Origin: an uncultured Lachnospiraceae bacterium
GTDB taxonomy: Bacteria; Bacillota; Clostridia; Lachnospirales; Lachnospiraceae
Direction: 5' to 3'
NCBI GenBank assembly: GCA_902782965.1
Contig: CACZPG010000318.1
Coordinates: 1 to 35,420 of the forward strand
Length of the DNA: 35,420 nucleotides
Below the pieces are notes generated by a model. That model was not told the origin of the DNA and did not search any database. It was given only the letters and a program-made list of their open reading frames with translations. Positions 26,775-35,420 of this stretch are shown here, piece after piece; position 1 is the first letter of the stretch, and each line of letters begins with the position of its first letter. A program made the position numbers and the translations under genes.

Positions 26775-28562
26775 ATGCATCAGGACTGGCGTATATTTGC
26801 AAAAACAGCAGACTTTAAAGCTATATCAGCACGTTTCGGGATAGATCCCGTTGTAGCACGTGTTATTCGCAACAGAGATGTTGAATCTGAGCAGGATTAT
26901 GAGAGATATCTCTTTGGAACTCTGGATAGTACCTATGATCCCGGGCTGATGATGGATATGGATCTTGGAGTGGATATTATTATGGCCTCCATTGAGGATG
27001 GAGAAAGCATAAGAGTCGTTGGTGATTATGATGTGGATGGAGTTATGTCCTCATTTATTCTTTATGATGGTCTGAAGAGAGCCGGAGCAGATGTTTCTGT
27101 TGATATCCCGGACAGAATTGAGGATGGCTATGGAATAAATGTTCGCATAATTGAAAAGGCTTATAATGATGGTGTACATACGATTATTACCTGTGATAAT
27201 GGTATAGCTGCAGTAACTGCGATTAACAGAGCTGCTGAGCTGGGAATGACCGTAGTAATTACTGATCATCACGAACCTCAGGAGGAACTTCCGGAGGCCG
27301 ATGCGATTATTGATCCTCATCAGAAGGGAGACACCTATCCCTACCCGAATATTTGCGGAGCAGCTGTTGCTTATAAATTCATTTCCCTGTTATTCAAACA
27401 GATGGGAATTGAACAGGGAAGATATGATTATATAGAGATGGTAGCTCTTGCAACTGTCTGCGATGTTATGCCCCTTCTTGATGAGAACAGAATATTTGTC
27501 CGCGAGGGTTTGAAATGCATGAAGGAAACCACTAATACAGGACTCAGAGCTCTTCTTAAGGTAACTGATCTGGAAGGTAAAAATCTTACCTCCTTCTCCT
27601 TCGGTTTCCAGCTGGGACCATGTATTAATGCGGCGGGCAGACTTGGAAGTGCCATGGATGCATTGAGTCTTCTTATAGAGGAGGATGAGAAGGAAGCGGA
27701 TAGAAAGGCAGCTGAGCTTAAGAATCTGAATGATAACCGAAAAGCTATGACAGAAGAAGGTATCCGAAAAGCGCTGGAAGAAATCGGTAGAAATAAAGAA
27801 AAGGATGGAGAATCGGAAGACGGACACAAGGCTTCTGAGCCGGTAACTCCGGAGGATGTTATTGTTGGTTATGTTCCGGGACTTCATGAAAGTCTGGCAG
27901 GAATAGTTGCCGGAAGGCTGAAGGAGATGTTCTACCGTCCAACCATTATATTTACAGATTCTGAGAAGGAACCGGATATACTGAAGGGTTCGGGAAGGTC
28001 AATAGAAGCCTATAATATGTTTGAGAAGATAAATGCTCATAAGGATATTCTTGTCAAATTCGGCGGACATCCTCTGGCGGCAGGACTATCTATCAGGAAA
28101 GAGAAACTTCAGGAACTGAAAAATATACTTAATCTTGAAGCAGATCTTTCTGACAGGGATAAAATACCACGCCTGATGATAGATGTTCCAATGCCAATGT
28201 CCTACGTTACTATGAATCTTGCGGAACAGCTTGAGTCTTTAGGTCCCTTCGGAAATGGAAACGAGACGCCTCTTTTCGCTGAGAAGGAAATGGAAATACT
28301 GGGATACAGAATCTATGGTCAGTTTAATAATGTGATGAGACTTAAACTCAAGAGCAACCGGGGACGCATTCACGAAGTAATATATTTCAGACCTGATGAA
28401 TTTGAAAAGAATATAAATATGTGGTTTACCCAGGAAGAATGTGATAAAATGAAGAATGGCATCAGTACCGGGCGTAAGCTGGATATAGCTTATGAAGTGG
28501 GAATAAATGAATATAACGGCAATCGAAGTGTTCAGCTTCAGCTTAAAGCATATCAGCCCTAG
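26775..28562 (+). CDS. recJ: ssDNA-specific exonuclease RecJ
   Basis: GDYDVDG, PDRIEDGYG, ITCDNG, TDHH, INAAGRL, KGSGRS, FGGH, PFGNGN; synteny with secDF/apt/rel. Confidence 0.96.
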   Translation: MHQDWRIFAKTADFKAISARFGIDPVVARVIRNRDVESEQDYERYLFGTLDSTYDPGLMMDMDLGVDIIMASIEDGESIRVVGDYDVDGVMSSFILYDGLKRAGADVSVDIPDRIEDGYGINVRIIEKAYNDGVHTIITCDNGIAAVTAINRAAELGMTVVITDHHEPQEELPEADAIIDPHQKGDTYPYPNICGAAVAYKFISLLFKQMGIEQGRYDYIEMVALATVCDVMPLLDENRIFVREGLKCMKETTNTGLRALLKVTDLEGKNLTSFSFGFQLGPCINAAGRLGSAMDALSLLIEEDEKEADRKAAELKNLNDNRKAMTEEGIRKALEEIGRNKEKDGESEDGHKASEPVTPEDVIVGYVPGLHESLAGIVAGRLKEMFYRPTIIFTDSEKEPDILKGSGRSIEAYNMFEKINAHKDILVKFGGHPLAAGLSIRKEKLQELKNILNLEADLSDRDKIPRLMIDVPMPMSYVTMNLAEQLESLGPFGNGNETPLFAEKEMEILGYRIYGQFNNVMRLKLKSNRGRIHEVIYFRPDEFEKNINMWFTQEECDKMKNGISTGRKLDIAYEVGINEYNGNRSVQLQLKAYQP

Positions 28563-28641
28563 GACTGAGGGACTAATCAGATATATATCATTTCTGGTGA
28601 TTGAAGATAAATTAAGAAGCCTTACAGGAGGATAAGAGAAC

Positions 28642-29166
28642 ATGAAGAAATTAGAAGATTATATTATTACTATTCCGGATTTTCCTGAACCGGGAGTTAT
28701 GTTCCGTGATGTAACGGGAGTTCTTGACAGCGCCGAAGGATTTCAGCTGGCAATTGAAGAGCTTTATAAACTTCTTGACGGAGTAGAGTATGATATTATT
28801 GCAGGAGTGGAATCAAGAGGATTCATTTTCGGAACTCCGCTTGCATATAGAGCAGGAAAGAAATTCGTTCCTATCCGAAAGAAAGGAAAGCTTCCCAGAG
28901 AGACTGTTGAGCAGACCTATGATCTGGAATACGGAACAGCAACCATTGAGGTTCATAAAGATTCCATTAAACCGGGGGAGAAGGTTATTATCATTGATGA
29001 CCTGATTGCAACCGGTGGAACTGTCGGAGCTGCTGCCAAGCTCGTAGAAGAACTTGGTGGTGAAGTAACCAAGATGATATTTATGATAGAGCTGGAAGGA
29101 CTTAACGGACGTGAGAAGCTTCAGGGTTATGATGTAGAATCAGTTGTTAAGTATCCCGGAAAATAA
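28642..29166 (+). CDS. apt: Adenine phosphoribosyltransferase
   Basis: IPDFPEPGVMFRD, ESRGF, RKKGKLP, YDLEYG, IIDDLIATGGT. Confidence 0.98.
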   Translation: MKKLEDYIITIPDFPEPGVMFRDVTGVLDSAEGFQLAIEELYKLLDGVEYDIIAGVESRGFIFGTPLAYRAGKKFVPIRKKGKLPRETVEQTYDLEYGTATIEVHKDSIKPGEKVIIIDDLIATGGTVGAAAKLVEELGGEVTKMIFMIELEGLNGREKLQGYDVESVVKYPGK

Positions 29167-29220
29167 TTATCATAGCTAAGAATTAATCAACGCAAATTAT
29201 TACAGAAAGGAGGAGCGGGT

Positions 29221-31626
29221 ATGTCAGAAGATATGATCAATCAGAATGAAGAAATAGCAGAAGAATTATCCGAAGAGACTAAGAATACTTCATCAGCTGA
29301 GACGGAGGCATCTTCAGTTGAGACTTCAGTTGAAGAAACAGATGAATCCGGCGAGAGAAAGCCTGTTATGAAAATATTTAATGACAGCGATGAGTTAGAT
29401 GTGCTTGCTACTCCGGAAGATTTTACTTCGCCGGATGAAATATATCAGGTTCTGCTGGATAAGATTAAGCTCTATCATCCGTCGGATGATTTCTCCATGA
29501 TAGAGAAAGCTTATCATATTGCGGATGACGCACATAAGGATCAGAAGAGGAAATCCGGTGAACCTTATATTATTCACCCGTTATGTGTAGCGATTATTCT
29601 CGCTGAACTGGAGATGGATAAGGAAACAATAACAGCCGGAATTCTCCATGACGTAATAGAAGATACGGAGTATTCCCAGGATGATATTGCTAAGCTGTTT
29701 TCTCCTGAGATAGCTCTTCTTGTAGATGGAGTTACCAAGCTGACTCAGCTGAATCTTTCTCAGGATAAGATTGAAATACAGGCCGAGAATCTGCGTAAAA
29801 TGTTCCTTGCCATGGCTAAGGATATTCGTGTCATTATTATCAAGCTGGCGGACAGACTTCACAATCTGAGAACTCTTCAGTATCAGACCGCAGCCAAACA
29901 GATAGAGAAAGCAAGGGAAACCATGGATATCTATGCTCCGATAGCCAAGAGACTTGGTATATCGCGTATTCAGATAGAAATGGATGATCTCTGCATGCAG
30001 TACCTTTATCCTGAGGTTTATGCTGAACTCAGAGAATCTATAGGTGAGAGACTGTCTGAAAGACAGGGCTTCATAACCGATATGGTTAATGAGGTAACTC
30101 ATTATATTAAGGAAGCAGAGATAGATGCAGAGATAGAAGGAAGAGTTAAGCATATCTTCAGTATTTATAAGAAGATGAAGACTCAGGGAAAGACTCTGGA
30201 TCAGATATATGACATATTTGCACTCAGAATTAAGGTGGCATCAGTCAGAGACTGTTATGCCGCACTTGGTATTATTCATGAGAAATATAAACCTATTCCG
30301 GGACGTTTCAAGGACTATATTGCCATGCCTAAGGCCAATATGTATCAGTCCCTTCATACAACCCTGATAGGCCACGGCGGAAGACCTTTTGAGATACAGA
30401 TACGTACCTATGACATGCATCGTACTGCCGAGTATGGTATTGCTGCTCACTGGAAATATAAGGAAAGCGGAAGTGAGAGCGTAAGCCATGAGGAGGAGAA
30501 GCTGAACTGGCTGCGTGAAATTCTTGAATGGCAGAATGATACCAAGGATAATAAGGAATTTATTAATGCAGTTAAAACCGATCTGGATATGTTCCAGGAT
30601 CAGGTATACTGCTTCACTCCTGCGGGAGATGTTAAGTCTCTTCCGAGAGGCTCCAACACCATAGACTTTGCATATGCTATCCATACTGCGGTTGGTAACA
30701 GGATGGTAGGAGCAAGGATCAATGGTCGTCAGGTCCCTATTGAGACAACTCTTCACTCAGGTGACAGAGTAGAGATTATTACTTCTCAGAATACCAAAGG
30801 CCCAAGTATGGATTGGCTGAAGCTTGTCAAGAGTACTCAGGCTAAAACCAAGATCAATCAGTGGTTCCGTCAGGAACTGAAGGAAGAGAATATAATCAAG
30901 GGAAGAAATGCCTGTGAAGAATACTGCAGGTCAAAAGGCTTCTCCATGTCCGAGCTTCTCAAGCCGGAATATATGGGACCTACACTGAAGAGATATAATT
31001 TCCCTGACTGGGATTCTCTTATGGCTGCAATAGGTCACGGCGGACTTAAGGAAGGTCAGATTGTTAACCGACTTCAGGAAGAGGTCAGACGAACCAACGA
31101 GAAGACAACTACAGATGAAGATGTAGTAAGGGAAATCAATTCCCAGCACAGACATTTCAATACTCCAAAGGGAAGTATTCAGGTTCGTGGTATTCATGAT
31201 GTTGCGGTTCGTTTCTCGAAGTGCTGTTCTCCTGTTCCCGGAGACGAGATAGTTGGATTTGTAACCCGGGGAAGAGGTATATCCATTCACAGAACTGACT
31301 GTGAGAATGTTCTCTGTATGACAGAGGCTGAGCGCCAGAGACTGATCGAGGCAGAGTGGGTTGCAGAAGGAGTATCCAAAGAGGCTGAATTTACCACTGA
31401 GATAAATGTTTATGCTATGGACAGAAGTGCTCTGATCTTCGATCTTACCAAGGTATTTATGGAAGAAGATATACCAATCAAGCGTATCGAGGGACGAATA
31501 AATAAGCAGGGTAAGTCCACGGTAAATATTCAGTTTGGTGTCAAGTCTAAGGATGACCTTAATACACTGACAGCAAAGATTAGAAGTATTGAGGGAATTA
31601 TAGATATAGAAAGAACACAGGGCTAG
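29221..31626 (+). CDS. relA: Bifunctional (p)ppGpp synthetase/hydrolase Rel
   Basis: RKSGEPYIIHP, LHDVIED, KLADRLHN, RFKDY, YQSLHT, EIQIRT; TGS DFAYAIHT; zinc-finger KCC..H..C; C-terminal ACT/RRM domain. Confidence 0.97.
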   Translation: MSEDMINQNEEIAEELSEETKNTSSAETEASSVETSVEETDESGERKPVMKIFNDSDELDVLATPEDFTSPDEIYQVLLDKIKLYHPSDDFSMIEKAYHIADDAHKDQKRKSGEPYIIHPLCVAIILAELEMDKETITAGILHDVIEDTEYSQDDIAKLFSPEIALLVDGVTKLTQLNLSQDKIEIQAENLRKMFLAMAKDIRVIIIKLADRLHNLRTLQYQTAAKQIEKARETMDIYAPIAKRLGISRIQIEMDDLCMQYLYPEVYAELRESIGERLSERQGFITDMVNEVTHYIKEAEIDAEIEGRVKHIFSIYKKMKTQGKTLDQIYDIFALRIKVASVRDCYAALGIIHEKYKPIPGRFKDYIAMPKANMYQSLHTTLIGHGGRPFEIQIRTYDMHRTAEYGIAAHWKYKESGSESVSHEEEKLNWLREILEWQNDTKDNKEFINAVKTDLDMFQDQVYCFTPAGDVKSLPRGSNTIDFAYAIHTAVGNRMVGARINGRQVPIETTLHSGDRVEIITSQNTKGPSMDWLKLVKSTQAKTKINQWFRQELKEENIIKGRNACEEYCRSKGFSMSELLKPEYMGPTLKRYNFPDWDSLMAAIGHGGLKEGQIVNRLQEEVRRTNEKTTTDEDVVREINSQHRHFNTPKGSIQVRGIHDVAVRFSKCCSPVPGDEIVGFVTRGRGISIHRTDCENVLCMTEAERQRLIEAEWVAEGVSKEAEFTTEINVYAMDRSALIFDLTKVFMEEDIPIKRIEGRINKQGKSTVNIQFGVKSKDDLNTLTAKIRSIEGIIDIERTQG

Positions 31627-31669
31627 TGTAGTAATTTGTTACCTGCGAATATTAAGGAACCATGAAGTT

Positions 31670-31703
31670 AAGGCATCCATAATAAGAATTAGGGATGCCT
31701 TTT
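31670..31703 (+). terminator. Putative intrinsic terminator after rel
   Basis: AAGGCATCC...GGATGCCTT followed by TT. Confidence 0.6.
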
Positions 31704-31760
31704 AAAATAGATGAGTTAATGGAAATGATTCTTATTGACTCAGATGGAGAGGTAATGTCT

Positions 31761-33767
31761 ATGATAATATCGAAAGAATTAATTAAAAGAGTTCTGGTGT
31801 TTGTTTTGTTATTATCCATAATTATAAATCCGCTGTCGAACGTTCAGGCTGCTACTAAAGTAAAAGTGAAACTCAGCAATAAAAAGGTGGTAATTGAGGA
31901 AGGTCAGGAAAAGGAAATAACTCTTAAGTTTGCAAAATCTGCAGATTGGGTTGTTGGTAAAAAAAAGATAGCGGATATTGTTGATAATGGTGCTGGTAAA
32001 TGTATTATTACTGCAAAGAAAAAAGGAAAAACTAAAGTTACTGCTACCTGTAATGGGAAGAAATACATTTGTAATATTATAGTTAAGAAAGCTAAAGTAA
32101 AGCTGGATTCAAAAGTAAAGCTTAAAGTCTCAAAAACAAAGACTATAAAGTTAAAGAATAATACACAAAAGGTTAGTTGGAGAACAAGTGATAGTAAGAT
32201 AGTAAAGCTTGTCAGCAAAAAGAATAATGGTGTAAAGATAAAGGGACTGAAAAATGGTACAGCTAAGGTATATGCTACGATAGGCAAGAAAACTTATGTA
32301 AGTAATGTAACTGTTGGTAAGCCATATACCTATAAGGTAACGCCGATGCTGCCGCCTTTTAATGAGTATTTCTATATCGAAACCGATAATCCGGATCCGG
32401 AATCTTTCAGACTTGTAGATAGAAAATCTGTTAATGCAGGTTCAGATGAACCAACGGTTGATCCGGTGTATGGAAGTATTACCCCGGACGATAAAAGATA
32501 TATAGATGTAAAATATGAAGACGAGAAGACCGGTCGGGTAAAGGGGGGCTATATTGCGACAGGAAAATATACCGATGGCGGAGAGCTATATGTGCAGGAG
32601 GCTAAGAAAACTAATGATGGTTTCGGGCGTCGAACGGAGTATATTGATAAATTCGAAAAGATAAATTCTCCGGATGTAGTAAATTATGTAGATTATCTGG
32701 TGCAGACGTATACAAGCCCGGATAAGGATTTCTTTGAAAATCTGAGTAGTGTTCAGAGTGCCCTGAATGAAATAGCCATATATCCTAAGGGTACTTATGA
32801 TAAGAGTAAACCTAATCCCGAAACGCCTTATCCCTATTATACACCTGGATATTATCTGGATCAGACTTATCTGATTGATCATTATGAGAGTATGTATGAA
32901 AGGGCAGGAAATAATCTGGCATATTATATATATCCATACATTCTTGATTCGTTGGGATTTCCTGCAACGATATCCAGAGTAGCAGTGAAGTTGAATAGTG
33001 ACTGTGTGGTGAATAGTACTAAAGCTCATTATAAGATAGAAGTTTCACTTAATGGTGTTCAAAAATACTATGGAGGATCCGGCAGTGGAGGTTATGATCC
33101 TTTGTATTCAGACAGAGTGAATCCGAATCTTTTCACTTTTGACGGATCTGCCGAGGATTATGCTACAGGCCTGACGCTTAAAAAGGCGACGGATAAGCTG
33201 GTTGAATATGCGAAATTATCACATGAAGACTCAGCTTATTATTATGATCTTCTTGAAGGGAATACCTTTAAAGAAAAAACAAAGGGTGGCACATGGATAA
33301 GAATATATAGAAATAATTATGCTTATGTGACAACCTTTAATACCGGTTTTTATGAGTCTGTAGGTTCTGTCGGAAGTGTATGGGTAGATGGAAGATATAT
33401 CGAAGCCAATCATGCCTTTTACAAGGGAGACAGCTTTGATATGCATCCCACAGCAGGTATAATTGTCAGAAATATGACATATACTAATTATGATAAAGAA
33501 ACTTTTACGGGTGATGTATTGTTTGATTATGATGAAAAATCCGGAACCTGGAATGCTGAGTCAGAGTACGGGTATCATGGATCCTATGTAAAAGATCCCG
33601 ATACAGGTAAATTGAAATGGGATTATAATGCAAACTATGAGCTTCCGGAGGAGTTTGTGCTTACTCAGGAAGAAGTGGCAGCTATGAATGTAGATGGAAA
33701 TAAAGATGTTGATCCGCCAAGTGGTCTCATATATGATGGAACAGCATTTCCGGGAACACCATTTTAA
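31761..33767 (+). CDS. Secreted protein with two Lys-rich Ig-like domains and a Tyr-rich C-terminal region of unknown function
   Basis: Signal peptide ending VQA-A; AKKKGKTKVTAT and WRTSDSKIV...GTAKVYAT signatures. ATG 31761 (or 31755) follows GGAGAGG; the ORF-track start at 31695 lies inside the terminator. Confidence 0.82.
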   Translation: MIISKELIKRVLVFVLLLSIIINPLSNVQAATKVKVKLSNKKVVIEEGQEKEITLKFAKSADWVVGKKKIADIVDNGAGKCIITAKKKGKTKVTATCNGKKYICNIIVKKAKVKLDSKVKLKVSKTKTIKLKNNTQKVSWRTSDSKIVKLVSKKNNGVKIKGLKNGTAKVYATIGKKTYVSNVTVGKPYTYKVTPMLPPFNEYFYIETDNPDPESFRLVDRKSVNAGSDEPTVDPVYGSITPDDKRYIDVKYEDEKTGRVKGGYIATGKYTDGGELYVQEAKKTNDGFGRRTEYIDKFEKINSPDVVNYVDYLVQTYTSPDKDFFENLSSVQSALNEIAIYPKGTYDKSKPNPETPYPYYTPGYYLDQTYLIDHYESMYERAGNNLAYYIYPYILDSLGFPATISRVAVKLNSDCVVNSTKAHYKIEVSLNGVQKYYGGSGSGGYDPLYSDRVNPNLFTFDGSAEDYATGLTLKKATDKLVEYAKLSHEDSAYYYDLLEGNTFKEKTKGGTWIRIYRNNYAYVTTFNTGFYESVGSVGSVWVDGRYIEANHAFYKGDSFDMHPTAGIIVRNMTYTNYDKETFTGDVLFDYDEKSGTWNAESEYGYHGSYVKDPDTGKLKWDYNANYELPEEFVLTQEEVAAMNVDGNKDVDPPSGLIYDGTAFPGTPF

Positions 33768-33788
33768 TTAATGAAAGAGGGCGAGCAA

Positions 33789-34445
33789 ATGTATATTATA
33801 TCTGGGGTTGCGTCCGGCCCGATAGGGACGAACTGTTATACAATAATAAATGAGAATACGAAGGAAGCAGTACTTATAGATGCATCAGGCAGTGCGGATA
33901 CGCTGCTCAGAGAGGTTCGCAAGGCTGAGGCAAAAGTAGTTGCAATCCTTCTTACCCATGCTCATTTCGATCATATGGACGGAGTGAAAGGTATAAAGGA
34001 AATCTTTCCGGAAGCTGAAGTGATCATTGGGAAGAACGATGCTCCTTTACTCAGAGATCCAGCTTATAATCTGTCTCTTAGTTTTATGGGTATTCCGGTA
34101 TCTGAAGAGGCAGACAGGACGGTGTCTGATGGAGAGATAGTAGATGTTATCGGTCTGACCTTTAAGTGTATAGAAGTTCCGGGACATACTGTAGGGGGAA
34201 TGTGTTATTATCTGGAGAAGGTTCCGGAGGATGCTTCAGGGGAAAGTCCTGTGCTCTTCGATGGAGATACGCTCTTTCATGGAAGTGTCGGTCGTTCAGA
34301 CTTTCCGACAGGCGACGCAGAGGCTCTGCTGACAAATATCCGAGAGAAACTCTTCGTACTTCCGGAGAAAACCAGAGTCTATCCGGGACATGACAGCGCA
34401 ACCACTATCGGCTGGGAGAAGAAGAATAATTACTATTTCATTTGA
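33789..34445 (+). CDS. MBL-fold metallo-hydrolase (glyoxalase II/YcbL-like)
   Basis: TNCY, THAHFDH, PGHT, GDTLF, GRSDFP, PGH; ATG 33789 follows AAAGAGGG. Confidence 0.93.
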   Translation: MYIISGVASGPIGTNCYTIINENTKEAVLIDASGSADTLLREVRKAEAKVVAILLTHAHFDHMDGVKGIKEIFPEAEVIIGKNDAPLLRDPAYNLSLSFMGIPVSEEADRTVSDGEIVDVIGLTFKCIEVPGHTVGGMCYYLEKVPEDASGESPVLFDGDTLFHGSVGRSDFPTGDAEALLTNIREKLFVLPEKTRVYPGHDSATTIGWEKKNNYYFI

Positions 34446-34476
34446 TGAAGATAATGAGAAGGGAATAAGGTTATAT

Positions 34477-35403
34477 ATGTCGATTGTAGTAAGAACTGCA
34501 ACAAGTAAAGAAATGACCAGAAATATGAATGTGGTCAAACTCCTGACAAAGGGGCGGGAATTTGACGAAAATATGCTCACTGTGGATTGGGAAAAAGCGA
34601 GGGTTATTCCCAACCTGAGTTACACATTTATTCCGAAGGAAAAGGGTGTAAAGGGTTACAGGGTCAGAATCGGCGGGACTATATCTGAGATTCTGATACC
34701 TGAAAATGTGAGAGACAGAATTATTATTCTTTATATACATGGAGGCGGATTTGTGTCCGGAAGTGCATCGGCATCCAGATCCTACTGTTCCATGCTTGCT
34801 AAATATTCAGGTTACAGAGTTATATCTGCTGAGTATCGTCTCTCGCCGGAGAATAAATTTCCAAATGGGCTGGAGGACTGTTACAACATACTTCGTGCCA
34901 TAAGGAAGCGTTATCCGGATTCAAAGCTGGTTCTGGCAGGGGAGAGTGCAGGCGGTAATCTGTCGCTGGCATTGGCACTCAAAGCAAGAGACAGAGGCAG
35001 GAGAAGTATAGCTGCTGTTATAGCTCACAGTCCGCTGGTTGATTTTACGGGCTCCCTGGACAGGAGTGTTCATGAGATAGAAGATTTCACTGTTTTTGAA
35101 GGCTTCGAACAGGCTATGAGCATAGCTTATGCAGATGGCGAAGACCTGACTAACCCATATATATCACCCTATTTCGGGGATTATACCGGTTTCCCTCCGG
35201 TATTTCTGACCTGTGACTACAACGAGACTCTTTTTGCAGATTCAATGGTTATTTACAGGAAATGCCGGGAAGCAGGAGTTAAGGTAAATATGGTTCAGAT
35301 GAAGGGAGCTTTTCATGCCTTTGCCACCATGGGTACCAGAACTCCGGAAACAGAGAGGATACTGGTTGAGACGGTGAGGTTTATAGAAGATACATTGAAT
35401 TAG
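34477..35403 (+). CDS. Alpha/beta hydrolase, HSL (family IV) esterase
   Basis: HGGGF, YRLSPE, GESAGG, FHAF. ATG 34477 avoids the overlap with the upstream gene that the ORF-track start 34390 creates. Confidence 0.92.
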   Translation: MSIVVRTATSKEMTRNMNVVKLLTKGREFDENMLTVDWEKARVIPNLSYTFIPKEKGVKGYRVRIGGTISEILIPENVRDRIIILYIHGGGFVSGSASASRSYCSMLAKYSGYRVISAEYRLSPENKFPNGLEDCYNILRAIRKRYPDSKLVLAGESAGGNLSLALALKARDRGRRSIAAVIAHSPLVDFTGSLDRSVHEIEDFTVFEGFEQAMSIAYADGEDLTNPYISPYFGDYTGFPPVFLTCDYNETLFADSMVIYRKCREAGVKVNMVQMKGAFHAFATMGTRTPETERILVETVRFIEDTLN

Positions 35404-35420
35404 TGTATTAATGTATAACA

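Noticed and set aside
1852-34740. Remaining short overlapping or antisense ORFs in the six-frame track
   Set aside because: They overlap well-supported genes and show no recognisable motifs.

Overview
Chromosomal window from a low-GC Firmicute; gene order and style suggest Clostridia/Lachnospiraceae (inference). The left end (minus strand) holds an MFS transporter, an OmpR-type response regulator, a histidine kinase, a membrane protein and the 5' part of an ABC ATPase. The plus strand then carries an AlaA-like aminotransferase, a nucleotide-sugar epimerase/dehydratase and mltG. Next comes a phosphothreonine signalling module: two FHA proteins, a PP2C phosphatase, a transmembrane Ser/Thr kinase without PASTA repeats, a membrane-anchored protein with seven T-x-[VI]-L motifs, and a ~1970-aa Ig-repeat surface protein. 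It is followed by an NlpC/P60 hydrolase, secDF-recJ-apt-rel, a secreted Ig-domain protein, an MBL-fold hydrolase and an HSL-family esterase. Three items stand out: (1) the kinase/phosphatase/FHA/scaffold/surface-protein module; (2) two related, covarying multi-hairpin intergenic elements (544-727 and 13269-13500) with GNA triloops suggesting folded ssDNA; (3) an 18-aa leader peptide absent from the ORF track, with a four-segment translational attenuator upstream of the MFS gene. All calls come from reading the sequence by eye; no searches were run.
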